A stretch of 64,000 bases of DNA from Candidatus Marinacidobacterales bacterium (GCA_965219415.1 CBDCNP010000002.1:416001-480000); one strand, 5' to 3'; numbered from the stretch's first letter, positions 1 to 9,373 are shown. Notes: a model not told the origin generated them from the sequence alone. Numbers and translations: made by a program.

Positions 1-879
1 GGCACCGCTCGGTTCTGGCAGCCCGCCATACGGAACATCGGTCGGGGGCGAGACCTTCCACTGCTCTCGGCCCTTTTGGACGAAGTCTGCGAGTGTCGTC
101 GCGAGGGCGTTCAGATACTCACGACCCGCCTCGGCGGTCGTCGCCCGCGGATCCCCAAAGACCCCGTTCGGCGTTACACTCTGAGTCCCCTCTGCGTTCG
201 TTCTTTCACCCGCACCGTACGCGTCTCCCATGAACCCAATCTCGGCCTCGCTCATTCGTACAAGATCCGGTCTCGCTGCGAGCACCATGGAAGTTTCCGA
301 CCCTCCCGCATGAGAACCGGCGACTGCCGGGTCGATACCCAACCGCTCGGTCGTTGATGTCAGTGCGCCGATGTAGCTGGTCGCATCGGTGAAGGCCATG
401 AGGTTCAAGTGTGGGTAGAAGTTCGAAAGCTCACGAGCTGCCCGTTCTACGGCGGTAAAGTTTCCACCGTGAGTCGGAATGAGGGCGACGTGACGGAACC
501 CATGCCATGCCAGGCTATGAACATACTCTCGCAAGAGTGCGACGAGCACGTCGTTTCGCACGCTGAGCGTGCCGGGGAAGTAAAGATGATGAGAAGAGGC
601 CCCGATACGGATATTGGGTGCCACCACGGCTCGCCCGATCCGCTTGGCGATCTCTGAGCCGATGAAATCGCCGGTGACCGAGTCACTCGCCAAGGCGATC
701 TGAGGGCCGTGCTGTTCGGTCGCACCGATGGTGATAATCACCGTATCCACGCCGGCATCGATCGCATCACGAACCTCGGGCCAGGTCATCTCCTCGAGAA
801 GAGCCCCCGATGTTTGCCCGTGCGCCATCGGTGATGACACCGTCAGGATTCCTACGGTCAGCGCAATAACAAATCTCAT
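1..879 (-). CDS. Creatininase/creatinine amidohydrolase-family protein with N-terminal signal peptide (3' end runs off the window)
   Basis: Not in the ORF track because there is no stop in the window. Manual translation from ATG 879: MRFVIALTVGILTVSSPMAHGQ..LEEMTWPEV..IGATEQHGPQIALASD..GASSHHLYFPGT..THGGN..GSHAGGSETS..NGVFGDP, the creatininase motifs. ATGA overlap with the MFS stop. Confidence 0.88.
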   Translation of the reverse strand, partial: MRFVIALTVGILTVSSPMAHGQTSGALLEEMTWPEVRDAIDAGVDTVIITIGATEQHGPQIALASDSVTGDFIGSEIAKRIGRAVVAPNIRIGASSHHLYFPGTLSVRNDVLVALLREYVHSLAWHGFRHVALIPTHGGNFTAVERAARELSNFYPHLNLMAFTDATSYIGALTSTTERLGIDPAVAGSHAGGSETSMVLAARPDLVRMSEAEIGFMGDAYGAGERTNAEGTQSVTPNGVFGDPRATTAEAGREYLNALATTLADFVQKGREQWKVSPPTDVPYGGLPEPSGA

Positions 880-2141
880 TTCGAAACCTCCTCCAGGTCG
901 ATCGGTTCTATGCGGCGAATAATGAAAGCAACCGCGGCAGCCGCGCACAAAGGCAAAAGCCCCGCAACTACAAATACCGGCTGATAACCGAAATGATCGA
1001 CCAACCATCCGGTGGCGAGCGTGAAGGTCATTCCCCCGAGGCCGGCGCCCATGCTCGAAAGACCGGTGACGGAGCCCACCGCACCGCGGGGAGCGATATC
1101 GGCAGCGACGGTGAGCATGTTGGTAGCCCACGCACCGAAAGACAAAGTCGCAAAGGCGATCAGAGCGAGATTGGCGGCGGGGTCCTCAACGGAAACCGCG
1201 GGGAGGGCGGTCGTCATCCCAACCGCGCTTGCATAGAGGACGGTCTTTCGAGCCCGATCCACGGTGAATCCTTTTCGTATGAGATAGCTTGAGAGAAACC
1301 CGCCTCCCACGTTGCCAATATCTGCGGTGAGAAAAGGGATCCACGCGAAGTAGCCGATCTGTTCCAGGGTATAACCGCGTGCGCGTACCAAATACTCCGG
1401 AAGCCAAAACACAAAGAACCACCACGTCGGATCGGCACCCATGCGGGCGAGCACAGCTCCCCATACCTTCCTCTGGCCGAGGAGCAAGCGCCAGGGCGGG
1501 CGTTCACGGGATACGGGCTCGACTTCCTGGAGCATCGTCTCCTTGTCCGCCGTTGTGAGTCGAGGATGTTCCTGAGGCGGCCAGTAGATGGTCAACCAGG
1601 CCAAGAGCCAAAAGAACCCGAGCGCTCCGGTGATTAGAAAGGCGGCCCGCCATCCCCATCGCAGGGTGATGAAGACCACGATAGGCGGAGCCACCATCGC
1701 GCCCACGCTGGTGCCGGACCCGAAGACACCGATCGCCGATGCGCGGTCACGGGCCGGGAACCATTCCGTAACGGCTCGGGTCGATGCGGGCCAACTGCCG
1801 GCCTCCCCCATCCCCAAGAGAAACCGGAAGAACGCGAAGCCGGCCGCACCGCGGACCGTGGCATGGAGCATGCCGGCTATGGACCACCAAATAATAGAAA
1901 GCGTGAAGCCCCGACGAGTTCCCCACCGATCCATCAGCCAGCCGGATCCGGCCAGCATGAAAGTGTAGGCAAGCAGGAAAGAAAAGACGATGCGCGAGTA
2001 GTCGACGTTGGAGAGCCCTAGCTCGTCACGAATGATGGGCGCGTTGACGGAAAGGACCTGCCGATCGATGTAGCTGATGACGGTGGCCAGGAACAACATC
2101 GCCACGATCACCACCCGGCTGTTGCGGATCGTCGCTCTCAT
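876..2141 (-). CDS. MFS transporter (ACS/ExuT-like)
   Basis: ISYIDRQ, GWLMDRWGTRRG, RFLLGMGEAG, GWRAAF and FWLPEYL motifs; about 12 TM segments. Confidence 0.9.
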   Translation of the reverse strand: MRATIRNSRVVIVAMLFLATVISYIDRQVLSVNAPIIRDELGLSNVDYSRIVFSFLLAYTFMLAGSGWLMDRWGTRRGFTLSIIWWSIAGMLHATVRGAAGFAFFRFLLGMGEAGSWPASTRAVTEWFPARDRASAIGVFGSGTSVGAMVAPPIVVFITLRWGWRAAFLITGALGFFWLLAWLTIYWPPQEHPRLTTADKETMLQEVEPVSRERPPWRLLLGQRKVWGAVLARMGADPTWWFFVFWLPEYLVRARGYTLEQIGYFAWIPFLTADIGNVGGGFLSSYLIRKGFTVDRARKTVLYASAVGMTTALPAVSVEDPAANLALIAFATLSFGAWATNMLTVAADIAPRGAVGSVTGLSSMGAGLGGMTFTLATGWLVDHFGYQPVFVVAGLLPLCAAAAVAFIIRRIEPIDLEEVSK

Positions 2142-2227
2142 CAGTGACTGGCCAACGTATCACCGACTAGAGAGCGATTCCAGCGTTTTGCATCAGATGT
2201 AGGGAATTCCGCCTCGAATCATACCCA

Positions 2228-2244
2228 AGGGAGGTATCCTCCCT
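2228..2244. promoter_or_regulatory. Inverted repeat AGGGAGG-TAT-CCTCCCT in the divergent intergenic region (operator or hairpin)
   Basis: Perfect 7-bp arms between the divergent MFS and HDO operons. Confidence 0.3.
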
Positions 2245-2284
2245 CAACGGCGCCGAACGCGCGGTAGCTACTGTAGGAGGGGTT

Positions 2285-2519
2285 ATGAACGAGGAATCAA
2301 GCAAGCGAATGGCAAGATGTGCGATACGTCAAAGCGCTGGTCGACAACTGGCCGGAAGCATCCGTCGAACCTCCAGTCTCGGAGGCTCCGGTAGAGGTGT
2401 TGGACTGCGAACCGGACGTGATCGTTAGAGGGGACGCAGAAAAAGGAGATGCGGTTTGTACTCGGACTAATCGCCGCATATCATACCGCACGCCCAGTCC
2501 GTCAGGCGTGCCGGGATGA
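2285..2519 (+). CDS. Small hypothetical protein (~66-78 aa), probably with a 1-nt frameshift near 2296
   Basis: A strong RBS (AGGAGGGG) precedes ATG 2285 (MNEE..). The long open frame (QASEWQDVRYVKALVDNWPE..CEPD..CTRTNRR..GVPG*) is shifted by one base. It ends 24 nt before the HDO start. Confidence 0.5.
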
Positions 2520-2543
2520 AAAGAACGGAGGGAGACACGAGAG

Positions 2544-3269
2544 ATGGCCACTCCTCAGACGTACCTTAGGCCGACCGGAGCCGCTTGGCTCGACACGATT
2601 CGGGTAGAGCTCCTAGAGCCACTTCTAGACACGGTGCGCCACCACTCGGTCGTCGCCGATTCCCATTCCGGCAAGTTACCGCGCGAGGCTTTGATGCGAT
2701 TGTTGGCCGACGTGCTCTGGCTGCTGGTATCGACTCCGAACCACGTGGCCGCTCTCGCTGCCCGCTGCCCCACCTACCGTCACGATCTCAAGACCGAGCT
2801 GCTACAAAACGCTTACAGCGAGCACAATCACCCCGAAGCATTGTCCCGCGCCGTGACCGCTCTCGGTGGCCCCGGTCAGCAGATCCTCGCCGGTCCGGAA
2901 TGGGCTTGGGAGCCGTACTGGGCCACCTGGCACGTTCGTAATTGGCAAGAACTCTGTTGTCTCTCTCGTCCTTTCGTCGACGGGGTGGCCTGTTTCAACG
3001 TCGGTGTCGAGGGAGTGGTTCCTTCCATTTTCCATCCCATTGGTGAGGGACTGGAGGAACAATATGGACTAAGCGGGGCGGCGCTCGACTGGTTTCAGTG
3101 GCACGGAGGCGAAGTCGAGGAAGAGCACGGAAACGAAGGGCTCAAAGTGCTGGCGGAGATCGTGGATCCGAACGATGAGGAGATTCAGTCTCGTTGCCGA
3201 TACATCATCGACCGCACCAGCTCGTTCATCGCCGGTCCCTGGCTCGACGCCTATCAGTCGGCCCCCTAG
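2544..3269 (+). CDS. Heme-oxygenase-like diiron oxidase (HDO; CADD/PqqC/TenA-like iron-containing redox enzyme)
   Basis: Helical 241 aa protein with ligand pattern E93-x2-H96 ... E156 ... H187-x4-E192-x2-H195 (NAYSEHNH, GVEG, WFQWHGGEVEEEH); RBS GGAGG. Confidence 0.8.
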   Translation: MATPQTYLRPTGAAWLDTIRVELLEPLLDTVRHHSVVADSHSGKLPREALMRLLADVLWLLVSTPNHVAALAARCPTYRHDLKTELLQNAYSEHNHPEALSRAVTALGGPGQQILAGPEWAWEPYWATWHVRNWQELCCLSRPFVDGVACFNVGVEGVVPSIFHPIGEGLEEQYGLSGAALDWFQWHGGEVEEEHGNEGLKVLAEIVDPNDEEIQSRCRYIIDRTSSFIAGPWLDAYQSAP

Positions 3270-3275
3270 GCTCCA

Positions 3276-3479
3276 GTGCTCGACTTTCTCCAGTGGTACT
3301 TCCCTTGGTCGCGGATCGATCCGATCTTGAAGATCGAGCTCATGATCTGGTTTGGCTCCGTGGCCGCCGCCTTCCTGATTCCCACCTGGGCACTAGTCCT
3401 CAAGAAAACGTGGCTGCCCATGTCACATCTCCCCCTTCCAGCGAACGAAGACAAGGCGCCCGATTCCGATGCGCATTGA
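3276..3479 (+). CDS. Small single-TM membrane protein, likely accessory to the SSS symporter
   Basis: 67 aa with hydrophobic LMIWFGSVAAAFLIPTWALVL; overlaps the start of the SSS gene, a common arrangement. Confidence 0.55.
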   Translation: MLDFLQWYFPWSRIDPILKIELMIWFGSVAAAFLIPTWALVLKKTWLPMSHLPLPANEDKAPDSDAH

Positions 3480-4950
3480 GGCCATCCTCTACGTCGCTTT
3501 CCTAGCGCTCAGTTTCGGGATCGGAGCCTTCGCCGTCCGCCGCGTCAAGACGCTCGCCGATTATTACGTTGCCGGCGGATCGATGCCATGGTACCTCCTC
3601 GCGGGAAGTTTCATCGCCGCCAATGCGAGTGCCGCCCTCTTCCTCGGAGCGACCAATGTCGCGGGCGGTGTCGGCTACACGTTCTGGTGTGGCTATTTCA
3701 CGACCGCAGCCGGCATCCTGTTCGCGATTGGCGTAGTCGGTGTCCTGGTCCGTCGACTCTCCGGCCGATACGAGATCTACAACTTCGCCGACATCCTTGC
3801 CCTTCGGTACCAGAGTCGAGAGAAAACGGTGCGCATTATTACGGCGGTGGTGGTTCCTTGCGTCTATATCCCATACATCGCCGCTCAATTCATTGGGCTG
3901 GCTGCGATCACTTCGGCCGCGTTCGACTTCAACTACTCCCTCGTCCTGATCGGTATTATTTCGCTGATCGTCGGGTACACGTTCCTGGGAGGCATGGTCG
4001 CCGTCGTCTGGACCGATGCCTTTCAATTCTTGGTGCTGTTCTTGGGCATGATCCTCGTTGTCCCCATCGGGATGGAAGTCGCGGGGAACGGTTCCGCTGC
4101 TGCCGGATGGGAGCGGATCGTCGCTTTGGGCCCCGAGATCTTCCAGTGGACGAATGAGTCCTGGCCCTGGTATTTGGTCTTTGGACAGTTCGTTTGGCTC
4201 TTTGCGTTCTCCGCCGAGCCCCACCTGGTCACACGATTTCTCACCGCCCGCGACGAAGCGACGATTCTAAAAGCTCTACCCGTCTGCCTGGTCGCGGTAT
4301 TGATACTCTATTCCTCATCGGTCCCGGTGGGTCTCCTGGGCCGACTCGTCGCACCCCAGCTCGCCGAAGGTGAGTACTACTACATCGAGCTGGCACGTGC
4401 GGCGCTAGGAACCTGGCTCGGTGCGTTCGCTTTGGCCGGCGTAGCCGCCGCCGCACTTTCCACTTGCTCGACCGAGCTTATCGTAAGCTCGCAATCCCTT
4501 TCGCGAGATCTCTATCAAAAACTATTGGCACCCGACGCCCCCGAGAAGCGGGTCCTCTGGGTTGCCCGCTCGAGCGTCGTCGTCATGGGTGCGTTGACGT
4601 TCGTCCTCGCCTACTTCCGTATACTGAGCATTTTCTGGTTGGTGATTCTCTCCGTTTCCTTGCTCACCAGCGCGTTTTTCGTCCCCGTGGTGGGAGGATT
4701 CTTCTGGCCTCGCGCCACCTCGGCTGGCGCCGTCGCATCCATGATCGCGGGGGTAACGGCGGGGGTGTCGGTTTACATCGTCAATCAAATCGGGGGAACT
4801 CACTATTTCATTAGTGAGCTCTATGCGGGCCTCGGTGCGAGTTTGTTGGCCTTCTGGGGCGTCAGCCGTCTCGGAAAACCGACGGACGCGGAGCTGCGAG
4901 TACTGTCGTCGCTGCGAGTCGGGCCGCCACGATCCAGAGAGGCGGCCTAG
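3469..4950 (+). CDS. Sodium:solute symporter (SSS/PutP-like)
   Basis: DYYVAGGSMPW, YTFLGGMVAVVWTDAFQ, PHLVTRFLTARD, AAALST and DLY motifs; about 13 TM segments. Confidence 0.92.
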   Translation: MRIEAILYVAFLALSFGIGAFAVRRVKTLADYYVAGGSMPWYLLAGSFIAANASAALFLGATNVAGGVGYTFWCGYFTTAAGILFAIGVVGVLVRRLSGRYEIYNFADILALRYQSREKTVRIITAVVVPCVYIPYIAAQFIGLAAITSAAFDFNYSLVLIGIISLIVGYTFLGGMVAVVWTDAFQFLVLFLGMILVVPIGMEVAGNGSAAAGWERIVALGPEIFQWTNESWPWYLVFGQFVWLFAFSAEPHLVTRFLTARDEATILKALPVCLVAVLILYSSSVPVGLLGRLVAPQLAEGEYYYIELARAALGTWLGAFALAGVAAAALSTCSTELIVSSQSLSRDLYQKLLAPDAPEKRVLWVARSSVVVMGALTFVLAYFRILSIFWLVILSVSLLTSAFFVPVVGGFFWPRATSAGAVASMIAGVTAGVSVYIVNQIGGTHYFISELYAGLGASLLAFWGVSRLGKPTDAELRVLSSLRVGPPRSREAA

Positions 4951-4952
4951 CG

Positions 4953-5861
4953 ATGGCGGGCCGGGCCCTCCGGGTCGGCATCGTCGGCTACGGCGAAGCG
5001 GGGGTCTTCCACGCCCGACATCTCGTTGGTGCGGGCGCCGAAGTCGTTGGCGCGGTGACGTCTCGCGCACTCGATTCTGGACGCCGACGTTTCCACTCGG
5101 TCTCCGAGATGCTACCTCACGTGGATGCCGTGACCATCGCGGTACCCAATCATCTCCATGCTGGCCTTTGTATCGAAGTACTCGAGGCGGGAAAACCGGT
5201 CTTCGTCGAGAAACCACTGCTCCAAACATCGGCTGAGCTCGAGGCTCTGGAACCGGTACTGCGGAGCACGCCGCTACCGGTGCATGTTGGCTTTCGTCTC
5301 CATTGGAACCCGACCCTGCGCGCCTTGAAAGAGCGACTGCGTGGAGTGCGTCGCCTCCGATGCAACTACCGTTTGGGGATCGATCAGTTGGCCAAAGACA
5401 AGCCATGGACGCGTCAAAAGAAAACAAGCGGCGGTGCCTTTTTCACGCTCGGGGTACACGCCCAGGAACTCGTGCGTTGGCTCGCTGGCGCTCGCGGAGA
5501 ACCTCTGTCCGATCTCAGTGCCCAAGCAGAACACTACGAAGACAGGACCGACTTCCCCCTCGTAATGTCCATGTTCGGTCACCTACCCAATGGTGTCGAG
5601 TTGAAGTCCGCCGTCGATCTCCGCGGTGATGCCCCCTTTCGGTTGGAGCTCGAAGTGGAAGCGAATTCGGGTACCTATCCCGATCCTTCGCTACCAGGAC
5701 CCGCACCGGAAGAGAAAGGATCCGCGGAGGCCGAGTACCGTGGCTTGATGAGCGACTTCGTGCGTGCCGCGACGAGCGTGGAAGAACAATCCGAGGCCGT
5801 TGAAGAGATTTTGCAAACACATCGCGATCTACTGGCGGCTCGCTCCATCGCCGAACCCTAA
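4953..5861 (+). CDS. Gfo/Idh/MocA-family NAD(P)-dependent oxidoreductase
   Basis: VGIVGYGEAG, DAVTIAVPNHLH, GKPVFVEKP, VGFRLHWNP, GGAFFTLGVH. Confidence 0.9.
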   Translation: MAGRALRVGIVGYGEAGVFHARHLVGAGAEVVGAVTSRALDSGRRRFHSVSEMLPHVDAVTIAVPNHLHAGLCIEVLEAGKPVFVEKPLLQTSAELEALEPVLRSTPLPVHVGFRLHWNPTLRALKERLRGVRRLRCNYRLGIDQLAKDKPWTRQKKTSGGAFFTLGVHAQELVRWLAGARGEPLSDLSAQAEHYEDRTDFPLVMSMFGHLPNGVELKSAVDLRGDAPFRLELEVEANSGTYPDPSLPGPAPEEKGSAEAEYRGLMSDFVRAATSVEEQSEAVEEILQTHRDLLAARSIAEP

Positions 5862-6039
5862 CACTCCCTTGTTCCTACTTGATTGGCACGTCGCCGATTG
5901 TCGTGCTAGGTTAGACGACAAGTGAGCCGACGGATGCTTTCTCAACTTCAAACAATTGAATTGACTCTACAACAAATTGATTTCCGCCGATTCGGCCGAG
6001 CGACCTGCGTACGGAGGGAACGAACCAACGGAGGTTACG

Positions 6040-7519
6040 ATGAGAAAGGTTGGTGTTCCTAAGATCGCTCTGGTGCTCGCAATCGGCACCTTTTCCCTTC
6101 TGCCCGTTGTGGGTTGTTCCGCACCCGCGGAGCAGGCACACAAAATTCCCCTCACGACTTCATCCTCGGAAGCGTTGGATCTTTTTCTCCAGGGTCGTGA
6201 CCTTGCGGAGAAGGTTCGCTTTCCGGAGGCATTGCCGTACTTCCAAAAAGCCGTGGAGCAAGATCCCGATTTTGCCATGGCCCACCTCAACTTGGCGTTC
6301 TCCCAAAACACGGCAGACGGTTTCTTCGAGAGCATAAAGAAAGCCGCCTCGTTGGCGGACGGTGCGTCGGACGGCGAACAGTTTTGGATACGCGGCACCG
6401 AGGCCGGCATCAACGGCCGACCGATGGAGCAGAGGGAGTACTACGAGAAACTCGTCGACGCCTACCCGAACGACGAACGGGCCCATAACCTATTGGGCAA
6501 TCAGTACTTTGGGCAACAAGAATACGGACCGGCGATCGCCGCTACGAGAAATCCATCGACATCAATCCAGAATTTTCTCAACCCTATAACCAGCTCGGCT
6601 ACTCTTACCGTTTCTCCGGCAAGTACGAGAAGGCGCGGGAAGCCTTCGAGAAATATATCGAAGTGCTCCCGGGCGATCCGAATCCACATGACTCTTACGC
6701 CGAGCTCCTTGATGAAGATGGGAGAGTTCGAGCCGTCCATAGAGCACTACAAGAAAGCCCTCTCGATCAATCCGAAGTTCATCCCGTCCTACATCGGTAT
6801 CGCCACCAACTATAACTACATGGGCAAGCATGAAAAGGCTCGCGAAACGCTCGAGACGTTGTACGAAAAAGCGGACAACAACGGCCAGCGCCGTCAAGCG
6901 CTCTTCGCCACCGCCGTCTCATTAGTGGATGAGGGAAAGTTTGGACCAAGCATTGGAGATCTTGTCCGAACGATACAAGCTGGCCCAAAAAGGCGATGAC
7001 GACGACGCCCTTGCGGCAGACCTCAACCAGATCGGCAACATTCTTCTGGAAGCTGGGCAACCAGATGAAGCGCTCGCGAAGTTCGAGAACTCCGTAACCC
7101 TGATTCGGGAATCGAATCGCTCCAAGGACCAGAAGGCAAACGCGGAGCGCCAACACGTCATCAACGTCGCCCGTGTTGCCTTACGTCAGAATGACCTCGC
7201 CACCGCGAAGTCGAAACTTCAGGAGCATCGCGAGCAGATAGCGGCGATCGAGAACCATCCGCAGGCCGGGATCTCCCACCAAGTTGCCGCGATGATCGCG
7301 CTGGAAGAAGGCGACTACGAGACCGCCCTCGCGGAGATCGAAGAGACCAGCCAGCTGAACCCTTACAACGTCTACCGGAAGGCGATGGTCTACGATGCCA
7401 AGGGCAACACCGAAAAAGCATCTTCCCTCTACCGCAAGGCAGCGGAATTCAACGCGCTGAACAATCTCAACTACGCGTTCATCCGAGCCAAGGCGGTCGA
7501 GAGAGCGAACGCCACTTAG
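6040..7519 (+). CDS. TPR-repeat lipoprotein, interrupted by about 3 frameshifts (sequencing error or pseudogene)
   Basis: Lipobox VVGC after ATG 6040; TTSSSEALDLFLQG..AVEQDPDFAMAH. The TPR pattern continues in an alternate frame at ~6541-6710 (YEKSIDINPEFSQPYNQLGYSY..PNPHDSYAELL) and again after ~6940 (DQALEILSER..). Confidence 0.75.
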
Positions 7520-7644
7520 TAGGCTGCACCAACGAAGTTGGTGCCACTCTTTCGTACCTCTCCCCCGACTGCGGAGGAGAGGTCGTCTGTGGCAGTCCAC
7601 TAGCCCGCAGTTTGGCCTGGGGCGGGCCATCCGTCCGCTCCAGA

Positions 7645-8331
7645 CTATTTCTTTCGCTGAGTTTTCTGCCTCGACTTCCTACGCACTCCTCGGCGGTTGC
7701 ATAGCGTGTAGATCCGGCACTCATCGCATAGAGGGCCGATCGGCCTGCAGACCAGCTGACCGTGCGCGACGAGCATCACATTCACTCGCCGTCGCCAACG
7801 CACTGGCACCAAAGGGGTGAGGGCGGACTCGGTTTTCTCAGGTGTCGCTGTCCGAACCCAGCCCAGCCGATTCGAGATTCGGTGCACGTGCGTGTCGACC
7901 GCGATCCTTGGGGCACCGAAGCAGGTTGCGAGAACGAGGTTGGCGCACTTGGGGCCGATACCCGGTAGCGAGAGCAATCCCTCGATCGTGCGCGGCACCT
8001 CCCCCTCTTCGATCAAGCGGCTGGCGATGGCCCGAAGCTGCTTGGCTTTCTGGCGATAGAACCCGGCGCCGTAGAGAATTCGACTCAGACGCGCTTCTGA
8101 GAGCGCGACCAGGGCCTCCGGTGAGGGTGCGACCTCGAAGAGGTTATTGGATATTCTGAGCGTCTGCTCGTCGCGAGTGCGGGTGCTGATGAGGCACGCC
8201 ACCAGGGTTTGAAAGGGCGTGCGTTCTCCCCAGATCCCTTGGTACACGGGGGCGCTTGCGTACCGTCCGCGGCGCGTGTCCCGCGAGAGGATTCGCAGCA
8301 CTTGTGGCAAGTCCTTGACTCTGCGCTGCAT
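7645..8331 (-). CDS. nth: Endonuclease III (HhH-GPD DNA glycosylase, 4Fe-4S)
   Basis: PFQTLVACLISTRTRDE, HhH LPGIGPKCA, AVDTHVHRISNRLG, C-x6-C-x2-C-x5-C; start placed at MQRRVKD. Confidence 0.92.
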   Translation of the reverse strand: MQRRVKDLPQVLRILSRDTRRGRYASAPVYQGIWGERTPFQTLVACLISTRTRDEQTLRISNNLFEVAPSPEALVALSEARLSRILYGAGFYRQKAKQLRAIASRLIEEGEVPRTIEGLLSLPGIGPKCANLVLATCFGAPRIAVDTHVHRISNRLGWVRTATPEKTESALTPLVPVRWRRRVNVMLVAHGQLVCRPIGPLCDECRIYTLCNRRGVRRKSRQKTQRKK

Positions 8332-8337
8332 GGCAAC

Positions 8338-8344
8338 TAGTATA
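8338..8344. promoter_or_regulatory. Overlapping back-to-back -10 elements (TAGTAT on +, TATACT on -)
   Basis: The divergent start codons are only 22 nt apart; the minus -10 lies 7 nt from the nth ATG; no Shine-Dalgarno on either side. Confidence 0.45.
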
Positions 8345-8353
8345 GCCGCCGTC

Positions 8354-9373
8354 ATGCCTTTTACCCGTAGGTCGTTTCTAAGAAGGCTTGCGGCCACGGC
8401 CGCATTCGCCCACTCCTTCCGTGCGCAGGCGGCCGTGGGTACTGAGCTAGAAGAGCTCCTCTCGAAGAGCATCATCATCGACGCCTTGTCCTACTTTCAC
8501 CGGAACCCCGATGTGCGAGGGGCCGACCATTCGACACCGGACTTCGCGATGCTCAAGGAGTCCGGGATCACCATGGTGAGTCCGACTACCGATCGCAGAA
8601 CGGAGAGCCCCGACGCCGCCTATCACGACGCGCTGAAGCGCCTGGCCGAGCTTCAGAGTATCGTCGCCCGCTATCCGGACCGAATGATGCTGATACGCAG
8701 CGGCTCCGATATCGAGATTGCCAAGGAAGAGAACAAGGTCAGCGCTCTACCCAACTTTCAAGATACGACCGCGATCGGGACAACCTGAAGAACCTCGACG
8801 TGTTTTTCGATCTCGGCGTCCGCCAGATTCAGCTCACCTACAACTGGCGGAATCTGGTGGACGATGGTTGCTTGGAGAGAACCGGCGCCGGGTTGAGCTA
8901 CTTCGGAGTCGAGCTCGTCGAGCGCAATGAACGAGCTGGGCATCGCCGTCGACGTCTCCCATAGCGGGCACCGAACGAGCATGGACGCCATCGAAGCCTC
9001 TTCCAAGCCGATCTTGTTCTCGCATACCAACTGCAAGGCTATCTATGACCATCCTCGCAACAAGAGCGACGAAGCGATCAAGGCCCTCGCGAAAAAGGGC
9101 GGCGTGATGGGCATGACGCTCCTAAGTTGGTTCATCAGCGAAAACTCACCCTCGACGTTCGATGACCTGCTCGAGCATTTTGATCACGTCATTCGACTGG
9201 TCGGACCGGACCATGTCGGCATCGGCTCCGACATGGGACTGCCGGGCTGGCGCGTGACCAAGCCGGATCAAACGAGTTTACAAGGAAGCCCTCCCCAGCT
9301 AGCCACGTGTGAAAGGGCTGCCCCCCGATACCGCCGGGTTGCAGTTCGTCGACAACGCCGAAACAAGACCTAA
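8354..9373 (+). CDS. Tat-exported membrane dipeptidase (peptidase M19 family), frameshifted, with a garbled 3' end
   Basis: TRRSFL Tat motif; IIIDAL; alternate frame ~8780-8925 NLDVFFDLGVRQIQLTYNWRNLVDDGC; MNELGIAVDVSH, SHTN, HPRNKSD, HVGIGSD. The expected C-terminus is not recognisable after ~9290. Confidence 0.8.

Noticed and set aside
2285-3269. PQQ biosynthesis (pqqA/pqqC) or mycofactocin locus (given the nearby creatininase)
   Set aside because: No ExxxY or IDGxCGVY peptide, no radical SAM, PqqB or PqqD genes, and the HO-fold protein has a diiron-type ligand set
4522-5427. Long antisense or alternate-frame ORFs (also 13800-15014, 18947-19924, 25289-26317, 62568-63293 and others)
   Set aside because: Shadow ORFs expected in high-GC coding DNA; no motifs, and they largely overlap well-supported genes
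5883-5905. Sigma54 promoter (TGGCACG)
   Set aside because: No TTGC at the required -12 spacing
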